Origin: Candidatus Woesearchaeota archaeon
GTDB lineage: Archaea; Nanobdellota; Nanobdellia; Woesearchaeales; GW2011-AR9
NCBI GenBank assembly: GCA_043797205.1
Contig: JAZDQB010000028.1
Coordinates: forward strand, 4,144-68,143
DNA length: 64,000 bases
Reading direction: 5' to 3'
Within the stretch, counting starts at the first letter, position 1, and each line of letters starts with the position of its first letter. The notes below the pieces were generated by a model, which was given only the letters and a program-made list of their open reading frames with translations, did not search any database and was not told the origin of the DNA. The translations under genes and the position numbers were made by a program. Shown here in pieces: positions 1-9,849 of this stretch.

Positions 1-2
1 CT

Positions 3-296
3 ATCGGTAAGGTATCCCAAGTAGTAATCGAGAACTCTAAATTTATGCCTACGGACTTGCAGGTACAGGCTGGAGATACGGTAGAATGGGTGAATAAAGA
101 TGCAATTGAAAATAAAGAAAATACCACAAAAAATGAGGAAGATACTGCTGAACATACCGTAACTTTCGAGAGCGGAGATTTTGACCAGAAATTGGCCGTC
201 GGCGGAAAAGCCACTTACACTTTCAAAGAGAAAGGAACTTTTGGATACTTCTGTTCGATACATCCGGGGATGAGAGGAACGATTATTGTTAGTTAA
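3..296 (+). CDS. Plastocyanin/cupredoxin-family copper-binding protein (5' partial)
   Basis: Frame open from the window edge. GDTVEWVN, HTVT and YFCSIHPGM type-1 copper ligand motifs. Confidence 0.85.
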   Translation: MGKVSQVVIENSKFMPTDLQVQAGDTVEWVNKDAIENKENTTKNEEDTAEHTVTFESGDFDQKLAVGGKATYTFKEKGTFGYFCSIHPGMRGTIIVS

Positions 297-331
297 GAAT
301 ATAAAAAATTATTTTTTATTTTTGCTTTTTA

Positions 332-475
332 TTACCTCATCTTCTTTCTCATCTTTGCCAATTCTTCATAATCAGCTTTAGTTCCACTGCCGCCCTGACA
401 CTTTGCTTCCAATGCTGCCAATTCCTGCTTCCAAACCTTTTCCTTTTTCTCCAAATCCTTTTTGCTCATAGCCAT
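332..475 (-). CDS. Small 47-aa hypothetical protein (not in ORF track)
   Basis: ATG..TAA ORF MAMSKKDLEKKEKVWKQELAALEAKCQGGSGTKADYEELAKMRKKMR with an AGGTGAT Shine-Dalgarno (SD) at 481-487 and a TATA-like box upstream. Confidence 0.6.
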   Translation of the reverse strand: MAMSKKDLEKKEKVWKQELAALEAKCQGGSGTKADYEELAKMRKKMR

Positions 476-580
476 AATGAATCACCTTTTAAGTTAATAA
501 TCACTAAATTCCTTCTGATTATATAAAGATACCTTTTTATACCAAATAATCTTTATCAGTTAAAAAGGAGGTACTTTAAC

Positions 581-1012
581 ATGGTTTATGATATGATGGG
601 TAATTTCGGAGGAATGGCTGCTTTGGGAGGGATGATGGCTTTTTTTGGCGCATTTCTGGTGTTCTTCTTAATATTAGGAGTAGGATTTTATATCTACTCG
701 GGATTCGCTTTCATGGCTATCGGTAAGAAAGCTAAACTAAAAACACCAGGATTAGCTTGGATTCCCTTAGTTGGACCAGCGATTATCGCTTACCAATGCG
801 CTAAGATGCACTGGTGGCCGTGGCTATTAATTATCGGTATGTTCATTCCTACGGTGGGATTCCTGTTCAGCATCGCTTTTGCGGTATTCCACGTCATCTG
901 GCAGTGGAAGATGTTTGAGAAAGTCAAATATCCGGGCTGGTGGGCTGTTCTTTGCCTGATTCCCTTTGTGAATCTAGTGCTGTACGGAATTGCCGCTTGG
1001 GCTAAGAAGTAA
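581..1012 (+). CDS. Membrane protein (DUF5684/DUF805-like)
   Basis: Hydrophobic helices with LAWIP and PGWWAVLCLIPFVN repeats; GGAGG SD. Confidence 0.7.
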   Translation: MVYDMMGNFGGMAALGGMMAFFGAFLVFFLILGVGFYIYSGFAFMAIGKKAKLKTPGLAWIPLVGPAIIAYQCAKMHWWPWLLIIGMFIPTVGFLFSIAFAVFHVIWQWKMFEKVKYPGWWAVLCLIPFVNLVLYGIAAWAKK

Positions 1013-1124
1013 TTTTATTTTTGTTTTTTATTTCTTTATTATGTCTCGAAGGTAAGGCTTACTTTAGACATTAGCTTGTATAAAATACAAAATATTATAA
1101 ACCTAATCTAGTTTTTAAGGAGTT

Positions 1125-2105
1125 ATGATTAAAAGGTCTCTAGTAGGTATTCTGGCTGCTTTAACAGTAATCGGTTGCACTCCTACACCAGATGTTAAAA
1201 AACCGATGGAGGAGATAGGAGATTTTGTGAGAGCCCATCTAAACGATAATACTCCGGCATCGGAATATAAGTATGATGGGAACAATAACATTCTTAACCA
1301 ACTTATTGACGAAGGATTACTAAGACCAAATACTTCTTATGACACTAAAGATAAAGAAAAAATAAGCGCTTCTTTAGTAAAAAAAATAGACCTTATTTGT
1401 GGAGATATGGATTTAGCATTACAAGATAAGAATGTGCCCCAATTCGTAGCCGCGTATCATCGTGCAGTTCAATTTCAGAAAGATTTAGCCGGCATTAGTC
1501 CCGATTTAGCGGGTTTATCATCGGCGCGAATGGAAACTTCCTTAAGGGTTGGTCTAGACGGAAATATTTATACTTTAGTCGCTTCAAATCCAGGAATATT
1601 ACAAAATTGGCCGGAATCATGCTATTCTAATTCCGATACTAAAGATTTAGTTAAAGCCCTAATTGATTTTAATCAAAGAAGATGGGCTGCCACCACAAAA
1701 GAAGAAGAAAGACCCAAACATGTAAGTGGCCACTTAATTTTCCATGATGATTCTCAGTTGCTATTATCCCAGTCAAGACAAATTCCAAATGAACAAGTAG
1801 GAGATAAGGAAAGCGCGTACTTTAAACCCGATAGTACTATTTCTAACTTTAACTATAATCCTCACTCAAAAGTATTCGGCTATAATCTCACCACTTCTAC
1901 CCGAGAAGGAATCTCAGGCAGCCTGACCAGAGAATGTAATTTTATTGACCTCGGCGCGGATGGATTAGACCGGTGCGATGCTTTGTTAAACGGGTTTCCG
2001 GACACTCCGGAAGGTATCGCTTCCGCCAATAGTAAAGCTGCGGCATGCATGAAAAAAACCATTGACGTTCTGAAAGTAAGGTATGCTGGAACCGGTTTTA
2101 TCTAA
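1125..2105 (+). CDS. Hypothetical lipoprotein-like secreted protein
   Basis: N-terminal basic-hydrophobic signal ending TVIG-C; AGGAG SD. Confidence 0.6.
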   Translation: MIKRSLVGILAALTVIGCTPTPDVKKPMEEIGDFVRAHLNDNTPASEYKYDGNNNILNQLIDEGLLRPNTSYDTKDKEKISASLVKKIDLICGDMDLALQDKNVPQFVAAYHRAVQFQKDLAGISPDLAGLSSARMETSLRVGLDGNIYTLVASNPGILQNWPESCYSNSDTKDLVKALIDFNQRRWAATTKEEERPKHVSGHLIFHDDSQLLLSQSRQIPNEQVGDKESAYFKPDSTISNFNYNPHSKVFGYNLTTSTREGISGSLTRECNFIDLGADGLDRCDALLNGFPDTPEGIASANSKAAACMKKTIDVLKVRYAGTGFI

Positions 2106-2122
2106 CTATAATACCACTTATT
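2100..2122. repeat. Direct repeat copy A of the ABCE1 3' end (22/23 identical to 2713-2735)
   Basis: atctaactataataccacttatt versus atctaacaataataccacttatt. Confidence 0.75.
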
Positions 2123-2173
2123 ATCACGTCCCTCGAATGAAGGGTTGGTTCTAAAACAATAAAGAAAAATAAA

Positions 2174-2296
2174 CTATAAATTACCAATAGCTATCAATAT
2201 TTTTTCATGTCCAGCAATCAATTTTTTAAACCTATCCAGCTCTTCAGATACTACTTTTAATCTTTGCTTATCTTGAGAATTCTCTAACTTTGCCAT
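2174..2296 (-). CDS. Putative 40-aa antitoxin partner of Doc (not in ORF track)
   Basis: MAKLENSQDKQRLKVVSEELDRFKKLIAGHEKILIAIGNL; start overlaps the 3' end of the Doc gene; amphipathic C-terminal helix. Confidence 0.55.
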   Translation of the reverse strand: MAKLENSQDKQRLKVVSEELDRFKKLIAGHEKILIAIGNL

Positions 2297-2666
2297 ATTT
2301 AATCCACCCTTTTATTTCTTCATCTGAATAATACCTTTCTCTAATACCCAGCATTACCCGAGCATAATGGAAATCATCCGTTATCCCAAATTTAACCTTA
2401 TTCATTAATAAGAAATCTTTTGTAGTAATAAATGCAGTTCTTCTATTGCCACTAGCAAAGGGGTGCTTTTGAACTAATCCTTTTAATAAAATTACTGCTT
2501 TATCATAGATATCTCCTTCTTTATCTGCGCATTCTTGAACTATTCCTTTTATCCTATCTAAACTTAACACTTTAGGACTATCCGCTCTTTTTACTTTGAT
2601 TAATTCTAGTACCAGCAAGTTATACTCAATAATCCTTTCTGGAGAGGGATATATTATTTTAGCCAT
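2268..2666 (-). CDS. Fic/Doc family toxin
   Basis: HPFASGNRRTA Fic/Doc motif, 132 aa. Confidence 0.85.
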   Translation of the reverse strand: MAKIIYPSPERIIEYNLLVLELIKVKRADSPKVLSLDRIKGIVQECADKEGDIYDKAVILLKGLVQKHPFASGNRRTAFITTKDFLLMNKVKFGITDDFHYARVMLGIRERYYSDEEIKGWIKYGKVREFSR

Positions 2667-2712
2667 TTTATTAAATAGAGTTAGTAGAAGTATTTAAATG
2701 TTTATTTTCCGA

Positions 2713-2735
2713 ATCTAACAATAATACCACTTATT
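2713..2735. repeat. Direct repeat copy B (ABCE1 3' end)
   Basis: Partner of 2100-2122. Confidence 0.75.
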
Positions 2736-4478
2736 CATTTCTCTTTGCTCTCGATCTTTGACCGATCCTGGTTTATTAATTCGCGGTCGTTTAGAACTTA
2801 AATCACGTCTAAGGGTAATCCCTAATTCCTTCAAGAACATATTCATCCCTTCTTCCATCTTAAACGGACCATGCAAAGTTCCCTGCTTGGCCGGCTCACC
2901 GCTAAACACCATCAATCTATCAGAAAGATAATCTAAAAACATCAAGTCGTGATCTACCACCAATACCGTAATTCCTCTTTCAAAAGCCAAATTGCCCACC
3001 ACTTTAGAGATAAGTAGTCTTTGTTCTACATCCAGATAAGCCGAAGGTTCGTCCAGCAAAAATAATTCCGCATCTTGAGAAAGACATTTTACAATACTAA
3101 CCCGTTGCAGTTCTCCCCCAGACAATTCTTTCAATTTCTTAGTAAAGAGTTTCTCAATCTCTAACGGACGAATCAACTGATTGGAATATTTGCTTACTCC
3201 TTCCTGTAAGAAAGTCATCACTAATTGATCTGAATCCGTTTCCAGATACTGCGGCTTGTAAGCAATCTTAACCTTTTGATCAATCTCTCCGCTATCTGGT
3301 TCAATCAATCCGGCTAGAATCTTGATAAAAGAAGTTTTTCCGATACCGTTCTCTCCCAAGATTCCCACAATCTCTCCTCGATTCAAAGTACCCGGTTCCG
3401 CTTTCAAATTAAAATTACCCAACTTCTTATTCAATTCTGTCCAAGAGATTAAGGCCCGAGCGAATCCTTGCTGCTTATCCTGAGATTTCTCAAATTTGAT
3501 GTGCGAATCTCTAAAACGGACGTTCTCTTCCTTCAGATATCCATCTAAGAAAGAATTAATTCCTTCTCGAGTGGACTTTAATCCTGAGACTACTCCGTAA
3601 GCTTGTTCTTGTCCGTACATGATATTCAACAGATCAGTCATATAATCTAAAATAATCAGGTCGTGCTCAATGACCATCACCGCAGTTTTTTCATCAGCCA
3701 AAGCGCGGATGAATTTAGAGATATTCACGCGCTGTTTGATATCCAAATAAGAGGTGGGCTCATCAAAAAGAAATAAATTGGCACTTTTTAATACCGTCGC
3801 GGCAATAGCCACACGCTGCAATTCTCCGCCAGAAATATTCTGCACCGGAGTCTCTAAAAAGTTATTCAGCTGCAATTCTTTGCACACTTCTGCTAATCTC
3901 TTCTCATGATCTACCTTATGTAGCAATTCCTTCACCGTGCCGGAGAATTGTTTTGGAATCAAATCTACTTGCTGCGGTTTGTAAGAAAGAGTGATTTCAT
4001 CTTTATGCAACTTTTCTAAGAACCCTTGCATTTCTGTACCTTTAAAATAAGCAATGACTTCTTTAAAATCGGCCGGTTTGCGCCAATCTCCCAAGTTGGG
4101 AGTGATTTGTTTAGCTAAAATTCTTAACGCCGTAGTTTTACCAATCCCGTTCCTTCCCAAAATTCCGGTCACGTTCTTAAATAAAGGAGTAGGTAAAGAA
4201 AACAATTCAAACATATTTTCTCCGTAACGATGTACGGGAGATTTGTTTAGGGCTTCGGGAAGATTGATAATTTGAATCGCTTCATAAGGACAGCGTTTCG
4301 GGCAGATACCACAACCGGTACAGAGCATCTCATCGATCTGCGCTTTTTTAGTAGTTTCGTTGGGAGTAATACATTCCGCTCCGGTCCGATTGATCGGGCA
4401 CAACTTAGCACAAAGGTAACCTCCGCACTCTTGCGGGTGGCATTTCTGTCGTTCAATGATAGCAATGCGCTTAGTCAT
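2715..4478 (-). CDS. rli: Ribosome recycling ATPase ABCE1/Rli1
   Basis: N-terminal Fe-S cysteines (CTGCGICPKRCP) and two ABC domains (GRNGIGKT, GENGIGKT, SGGELQR). Start moved to MTKRIAII. Confidence 0.95.
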   Translation of the reverse strand: MTKRIAIIERQKCHPQECGGYLCAKLCPINRTGAECITPNETTKKAQIDEMLCTGCGICPKRCPYEAIQIINLPEALNKSPVHRYGENMFELFSLPTPLFKNVTGILGRNGIGKTTALRILAKQITPNLGDWRKPADFKEVIAYFKGTEMQGFLEKLHKDEITLSYKPQQVDLIPKQFSGTVKELLHKVDHEKRLAEVCKELQLNNFLETPVQNISGGELQRVAIAATVLKSANLFLFDEPTSYLDIKQRVNISKFIRALADEKTAVMVIEHDLIILDYMTDLLNIMYGQEQAYGVVSGLKSTREGINSFLDGYLKEENVRFRDSHIKFEKSQDKQQGFARALISWTELNKKLGNFNLKAEPGTLNRGEIVGILGENGIGKTSFIKILAGLIEPDSGEIDQKVKIAYKPQYLETDSDQLVMTFLQEGVSKYSNQLIRPLEIEKLFTKKLKELSGGELQRVSIVKCLSQDAELFLLDEPSAYLDVEQRLLISKVVGNLAFERGITVLVVDHDLMFLDYLSDRLMVFSGEPAKQGTLHGPFKMEEGMNMFLKELGITLRRDLSSKRPRINKPGSVKDREQREMNKWYYC

Positions 4479-4553
4479 AAACAGAACTATTCGTTTTAGT
4501 TTTATATTATTTGTGGTAGGATTTTTAAAATCAGATTGTTTTTTACCATAAAT

Positions 4554-4718
4554 ATGACCAAATGCGAGATATGCCACAATAAACTGGAAGAGCTATTTCT
4601 AGACAAGATAAAAGGTACAATCGTAAAAAAGCCCGGTTCCAGTAAACAGTATTACTTCTGTTTCGAATGCCAAAGGAAGTTTAAGACTAAAGAAGAGTTA
4701 TTGAAGCAGATTAAATAA
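4554..4718 (+). CDS. Small CxxC..CxxC zinc-finger protein
   Basis: MTKCEIC...CFEC, divergent from ABCE1. Confidence 0.65.
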   Translation: MTKCEICHNKLEELFLDKIKGTIVKKPGSSKQYYFCFECQRKFKTKEELLKQIK

Positions 4719-5100
4719 GCACTTCTAATCCACACAATCCAATTAGGATTAAATCACCTTTTTTTAATTCTACGGGTGCAGAATTCACTAAAATTTTATT
4801 TTTTCCACGTTGAATCTGTGTTCCCTCACTACTACCCACGTCAACAAGGAAATACTGTTTTTTAAACCATCCTTTACAAGTAATCAAAGCATGCTTACGA
4901 GAAGCCGCACCGTTATTTATAATTAGATTATTTTCGGAAGATCGTCCAACCTGAACGGGAAACTTTTTCAGTTCAATAACTTCCGGAGAAAGGAATAAGA
5001 TATAATTCTTAACCTGGGGCAGATTAGTAAGTTCTTTATGTTTAACTTCATTAGCCGCAGAGAACCACAGACCATATTTCAAAACAAGCTGAAAACCCAT
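4711..5100 (-). CDS. FHA domain protein
   Basis: VGR, ASRKHA and DVGSSEGT FHA motifs. Confidence 0.8.
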   Translation of the reverse strand: MGFQLVLKYGLWFSAANEVKHKELTNLPQVKNYILFLSPEVIELKKFPVQVGRSSENNLIINNGAASRKHALITCKGWFKKQYFLVDVGSSEGTQIQRGKNKILVNSAPVELKKGDLILIGLCGLEVLI

Positions 5101-5215
5101 AGTTAAGATAACGTGTTTGGAGTTTAAATATTTTTGCCTTATCTAGAAGTATAAAATCGTTCTGCTTGAATTCACCAATACCTTTTTAAAATTGTAAGAA
5201 AAGTTAAGGTTAATC

Positions 5216-5305
5216 GCCTCTGTAGCTTAACGGTGGAGCGACTGCTTCGTATATACTTAATAAAGAAAGAGCAGTAGGCTGAGGGTTCAAATCCCTCCAG
5301 AGGCT
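5216..5305 (+). tRNA. tRNA-Thr(CGT) with 18-nt canonical 37/38 intron (5252-5269)
   Basis: Acceptor GCCTCTG/CAGAGGC, anticodon stem ACTGC/GCAGT, anticodon CGT at 5248-5250, T-loop GTTCAAATC. Confidence 0.92.
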
Positions 5306-5426
5306 TTTATTCCTTTTACTTTGGAGTTGATAAGGACACTTTGTCCTTATGTGAAAATCTTCCAGAAGCTTTTATTCTTCTTTCGCTACAGAAATCTTTA
5401 AATAATACCGAGATTTCTTTCTCGCT

Positions 5427-5972
5427 ATGGTGTTTCAATGGATTTGGAAGAAAAGTAAGGACAAAAAAGAAGAGGACCGGGATTTCTTGGACCAAACCTT
5501 AGAAAGAGATATCCGCCGCAGTCTTCCGATAATCAATGAAAAATTCTTGAACAGCTCTAAATCTAAGGATAAAAATAGTACCATCCGCAGCAAGAACGAA
5601 TGGACGCCCAAAGATTCTACTCAAATCTTATTTGATAAGATTTATCGTAAGGACGTAAAAGAAGAATATCGTCCGACTAATTTCTTTAAGGAAATTAAGA
5701 AAGATGAGACATTTAAAGACTTTTCTTCCCGAGTACTTCCCGTGCATCTCTTTTTTACTATCGGCAAATACGCTCAGAAAGAACCGGCCAAGATTATTCA
5801 TCTGGTAATCATGCCCGGATTCAAAGGCAATAAAACTGCTTACAAATTCTTTGGCTACTTTGAAAGCGAAAAAGAGTTGTATACGGGAGAAAAAGACTTT
5901 AATTCCTTGGGAGACGCCGGAGTATATGAAGAATTGGCCAAATTAGCGGAAAGAATCCAGTGGAGAAAGTAA
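5427..5972 (+). CDS. Hypothetical protein (paralog of 5974-6531)
   Basis: Shared motifs MVF.W.K, EW...TQIL.D, P.H.FF.G. Confidence 0.7.
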   Translation: MVFQWIWKKSKDKKEEDRDFLDQTLERDIRRSLPIINEKFLNSSKSKDKNSTIRSKNEWTPKDSTQILFDKIYRKDVKEEYRPTNFFKEIKKDETFKDFSSRVLPVHLFFTIGKYAQKEPAKIIHLVIMPGFKGNKTAYKFFGYFESEKELYTGEKDFNSLGDAGVYEELAKLAERIQWRK

Positions 5973-5973
5973 G

Positions 5974-6531
5974 ATGGTTTTTTCGTTGTGGAGAAAAAGT
6001 TCTTCATCAATACTTTCTGAAGATCAAAAGAAACGATTAGAATCAGATTTAAAAAATGCTGCAGTTACAATTCAAGCTACAATAAAATACCACAAATTAA
6101 ACTCTGGTGGGCAGCGTATTAATCTTCCGCAACATTGGACAGAGTGGGATGGAAATGGGCCTACTCAAATCCTTTATGATGAATGTTATATTGAAGGAGC
6201 AGGTCCCGAAAAAGTTCCAAAAACGGTCTATCTTACAGCAGGAAAAGCATTTGAAGACCTTTCTGATTCGGTCAACCCCTTGCATATTTTATTCTTTGTA
6301 GGAGAACACAGTAAAAAGCAACTAAAAGAGACCATCAGAATTGTGGTTCTTCCCTCTTACCAGAATCAAATACCCACCTATAAAGCAGTAGGTTATTTGG
6401 AGTCATATCAAAAGGACCTTTCCATCCTGGCTAAAATCATTGATTCCAAATCCATTGTTAACATTAAATTTTTCTTAGAGATGATTGAATTCGCAAAGGA
6501 TATCCTTCACCATCATTTCCCGCCGAATTAA
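5974..6531 (+). CDS. Hypothetical protein (paralog of 5427-5972)
   Basis: Tandem position and shared motifs. Confidence 0.7.
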   Translation: MVFSLWRKSSSSILSEDQKKRLESDLKNAAVTIQATIKYHKLNSGGQRINLPQHWTEWDGNGPTQILYDECYIEGAGPEKVPKTVYLTAGKAFEDLSDSVNPLHILFFVGEHSKKQLKETIRIVVLPSYQNQIPTYKAVGYLESYQKDLSILAKIIDSKSIVNIKFFLEMIEFAKDILHHHFPPN

Positions 6532-6593
6532 TAGTTATCCAAAAGAAATTTTCCAAACATTTTATAAATTAACGTCGAGAATTAGATAGAAAT

Positions 6594-7595
6594 ATGACTC
6601 CGAAAACAGAGCAGCTCTTACAGCAAGCAGAGAAAGTGTATCAAAAGAATTTTACTAATAGCTGCTGGTTCGAACGCGCCATCTTTTTAAGTTGGTACTG
6701 CGCTTTGGGAGACTGCACTTTCTGCTATATGAGCACCCAAAAGAATAAAATTAAAAATCCTTCCAAAGCAAGACGCACTTTAAGTTCTATTTTAGCAGAA
6801 ATATTAATCACTAAAAAACAGGGATGGAAAATTGAATTCCTTTCCAGCGGTTATGGTGCTTATACTATGGAAGAGATCTTTCAAGTAGTAAAATTAAGTT
6901 CAATCGTAGCCAAAGAAAAATTATGGCTAAATATTGGTTACTTGAATGAAAAACAGATTAAGCCACTGCTTCCTTACATTAAAGGAATTTCTGTATCTAT
7001 CGAAACGGTCAATTGGAAGTTAAGAAAGAAAGTTTGTCCTTCCAAACAGATTAAACCCCTGCTTCAAACTTTAGAATTAGCACAGAAATATGAATTAAAA
7101 AAGGCTATAACTATTATTGTCGGTTTGGGAGAAACGATTAAAGATATAAATGAACTGTTTAAATTCATCAAAAAGTATAATATTAATCGAGTTACTTTTT
7201 ATTCCCTAAATCCGCATCCCGGAACTCCTTTTACTAAGAGCCCAGAAACAGGATACTATTTGCAATGGATTGCTCAAACTCGTTTAAAGTTCCCCACATT
7301 AGAAATCGTCGCTGGAAGTTGGGTCAGTCGTTTAGAAGAAATCCCTTTAGTGTTACGTGCGGGAGCTAACGCTTTCACTAAATTTCCGGCGTTAAAAGAG
7401 CTGGGGGGGAAGAATGCTCGAAAAGTAGAACAAGAGATAAAGAAATCTGACCGAAAGTTAGAAGGAAACTTGAGCCAAACTAAAAAAGCGAATTGGAAGA
7501 AAGAAATTGACACTTTACCCTTAGAAAAAGAGCTTAAAGAACAAATTCTTCTGAAATTAAAGCAATATTTAAAAAGAGCTTCCACTCCTAAATGA
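6594..7595 (+). CDS. Radical SAM protein (biotin synthase-like)
   Basis: CALGDCTFC cluster motif and HPGTPF. Confidence 0.85.
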   Translation: MTPKTEQLLQQAEKVYQKNFTNSCWFERAIFLSWYCALGDCTFCYMSTQKNKIKNPSKARRTLSSILAEILITKKQGWKIEFLSSGYGAYTMEEIFQVVKLSSIVAKEKLWLNIGYLNEKQIKPLLPYIKGISVSIETVNWKLRKKVCPSKQIKPLLQTLELAQKYELKKAITIIVGLGETIKDINELFKFIKKYNINRVTFYSLNPHPGTPFTKSPETGYYLQWIAQTRLKFPTLEIVAGSWVSRLEEIPLVLRAGANAFTKFPALKELGGKNARKVEQEIKKSDRKLEGNLSQTKKANWKKEIDTLPLEKELKEQILLKLKQYLKRASTPK

Positions 7596-8350
7596 AAATG
7601 CCCGACGAACAAGAATTAGGCCAAAAATTAGAGCTGAAAATGGAGCAAGAACAGCAGATAGAAGTGCAAAAAGCAGTTCAGTCTGAAGAAGATTCTACTC
7701 CCAGCAACGATAGCAAATCTTTGGTGATTATGCTTATAGTGGTAGTAGGAATATTTGTAATAGCTTTTGGCGGGTTCAAAGTTTATGATTATTTTACAGC
7801 TGCGGCGGTAATTGATGTGGATCAGTTACACCAAGACAACTTGAATGGAGACATAAACGAAAAAGAAGGTTATGTGTATGGGGGATACAGCTTCGTGTTT
7901 GTCGATGGTTTATGGTGGACGGAAGTGAATCGCTTTGGTACGCTATTGAAAATACCTTTACACTTTGGAGCGAGAGAAGTAGACAATGTTTCTATCATTG
8001 GTCAGTTAGATACTAAAGGTTTTAATGCCGGAGACAGCATTTATATCGCTATTGATCCTAATATTGCCAACAAATATTATTCCTTGGCTTTGTCTGAACT
8101 GAGCTTTAACATTGTCAAAGGAGTAGATCGACAGATTGTTACTTCTTGTACTGAAAATAATTCCATTTGTGATAATCGCACTATTATCAATTGTGAAAAT
8201 ACTCAAGGCAAGCCCGTAATCCAGCTAGCGGTAGAAAACACTACCAGAATAGAATTCAAAGGCACTTGCATCAAGATTGCTGGAAACGGCTATGACTTAG
8301 TCCGGGCCACAGACCGAATATTACTGAAGTGGTATGGAATTATGAGTTAA
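7592..8350 (+). CDS. Membrane-anchored hypothetical protein
   Basis: Single transmembrane (TM) helix near the N-terminus; ATGA-style overlap with upstream gene. Confidence 0.7.
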   Translation: MKMPDEQELGQKLELKMEQEQQIEVQKAVQSEEDSTPSNDSKSLVIMLIVVVGIFVIAFGGFKVYDYFTAAAVIDVDQLHQDNLNGDINEKEGYVYGGYSFVFVDGLWWTEVNRFGTLLKIPLHFGAREVDNVSIIGQLDTKGFNAGDSIYIAIDPNIANKYYSLALSELSFNIVKGVDRQIVTSCTENNSICDNRTIINCENTQGKPVIQLAVENTTRIEFKGTCIKIAGNGYDLVRATDRILLKWYGIMS

Positions 8351-8351
8351 A

Positions 8352-8630
8352 ATGGCAACTGAAGTAGATTGTTTTGAAAGCGGACGTAAATTTGGAGATC
8401 TAGCTCATAGAGTACAAACAATGTTTGAACAAGTTAGAGGTTCTGCTAAAAATCCTGCAACATATGAGATATTTGGTGAATCAGCGTCAAATGCAGTTAG
8501 AGAATTAGAAGAGTTTGGCAGATTATATCCACATCTTCTCAAAGACGCAGAATATAAAGCAAGTATGGGTATGGCTAGAGCTTGTACCTCTAAAGAAAAT
8601 TTTTTGGCTTATTTCAAAGAATGTCTATAA
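8352..8630 (+). CDS. Hypothetical protein
   Basis: 92-aa ORF directly following 8350. Confidence 0.55.
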   Translation: MATEVDCFESGRKFGDLAHRVQTMFEQVRGSAKNPATYEIFGESASNAVRELEEFGRLYPHLLKDAEYKASMGMARACTSKENFLAYFKECL

Positions 8631-8633
8631 TTC

Positions 8634-9011
8634 TTATCTTCTAATCCCTAATACTTCTAAATAACCACTTTGGTTGACTGTAACAATTCTGAAATTCAAT
8701 CCTAATTCTAATACTGCTTCCAATACAGCCATGTGTTCTTTCCCATACCCGGAAGCCAGATTCAAAGCAATTTCAAAATCAGAGATCTGTCCATCTAACT
8801 GCTTTTTTATTTGTTCGGTTAAACTAATCACATCAGAATTATCTGCATCCACTACCACTAACCTCACGCTCTCCGAGCGATTCTTGAAGTTTTCTTCTCC
8901 AAATTTGTTGGTGATCAAGAACACTTTATCCCAATTTTGTATTTGAATCAAACGATTGACTTCCATCCAAGTTCCTTTCCCCGTAGATAATAAAGCGATT
9001 AAGGTGGGCAT
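8634..9011 (-). CDS. Hypothetical protein, possible CARF-like Rossmann domain
   Basis: LIALLSTG..., DKVFLIT and IALNLASGYGK pattern resembles CARF beta/alpha topology (weak). Confidence 0.5.
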   Translation of the reverse strand: MPTLIALLSTGKGTWMEVNRLIQIQNWDKVFLITNKFGEENFKNRSESVRLVVVDADNSDVISLTEQIKKQLDGQISDFEIALNLASGYGKEHMAVLEAVLELGLNFRIVTVNQSGYLEVLGIRR

Positions 9012-9102
9012 GATTAAAAACGGAGTTATTTATTATATAAATCATTCGCTGTATTTTTACATTATAAAAAGTTATATTAACTCAGAGATTTTACTTATTC
9101 TC

Positions 9103-9849
9103 ATGCAGATATCTTTTTTTGAAGAGTTCCCGGACAAAAACAGTCTTTCTAAACTGAAATTTATTCGCTTTCCCACCAAAATATACTTGGCTGCCAAAAG
9201 CCTAAAACAGTTCCAGAAGTTAAAAGTGCAGATTAAAAGCAAGCAAGTAAAAGAAGTGGTCTATTGGCCCATCTTAGAAAACAAAGAGGGATATTGGATC
9301 TCTCCCTGGTCCAAAAGAAAAGCGTTGAAGAGAATCTTTTTGGAATTAGAAGGAAAGAAAATTTCGGTAATGTTGGATTTAGAGCTTCCTTTCCGACGCA
9401 ACCCTTGGTTATTCATTACCCAAAAAGCATATTTCTTTTCAAATAAAAAGTTAATTCGTAATTTCATTGACAACTATTTGGGAGAAGTTTATCTGGCAGA
9501 ATATTATCCGGAAGGGAAGTTTAAAGAGAGTGTGATGAAGTTTTGGGGGTTGCATTACTCTTCCCAAAAAACTAAAATTATCAAGATGCTTTACCATTCC
9601 TTACATCACTTCAACAAAGAATTCTTAGTTAAAGAATTACGGCGAGGAAAACAAGAGTTCGGAAATAACTATTTTCTCGCTTTTGGAACGATTGCCCAAG
9701 GCATTAATGAGAATGAAGCGCTTCTTTCAGCAAAACAATTACAGCAAGATTTACAGCTGGCTAAAGAAATAGGAATTAAAGAGGTTATTATTTTTAGGTT
9801 GGGTGGATTGAATAAAGAATATGTTAAAGTAATAAGTGAATTCGTTTAA
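9103..9849 (+). CDS. Hypothetical protein (possible TIM-barrel)
   Basis: Start moved to MQISFFEEFP; VMLDLE and VIIFRLGG motifs. Confidence 0.6.
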   Translation: MQISFFEEFPDKNSLSKLKFIRFPTKIYLAAKSLKQFQKLKVQIKSKQVKEVVYWPILENKEGYWISPWSKRKALKRIFLELEGKKISVMLDLELPFRRNPWLFITQKAYFFSNKKLIRNFIDNYLGEVYLAEYYPEGKFKESVMKFWGLHYSSQKTKIIKMLYHSLHHFNKEFLVKELRRGKQEFGNNYFLAFGTIAQGINENEALLSAKQLQQDLQLAKEIGIKEVIIFRLGGLNKEYVKVISEFV

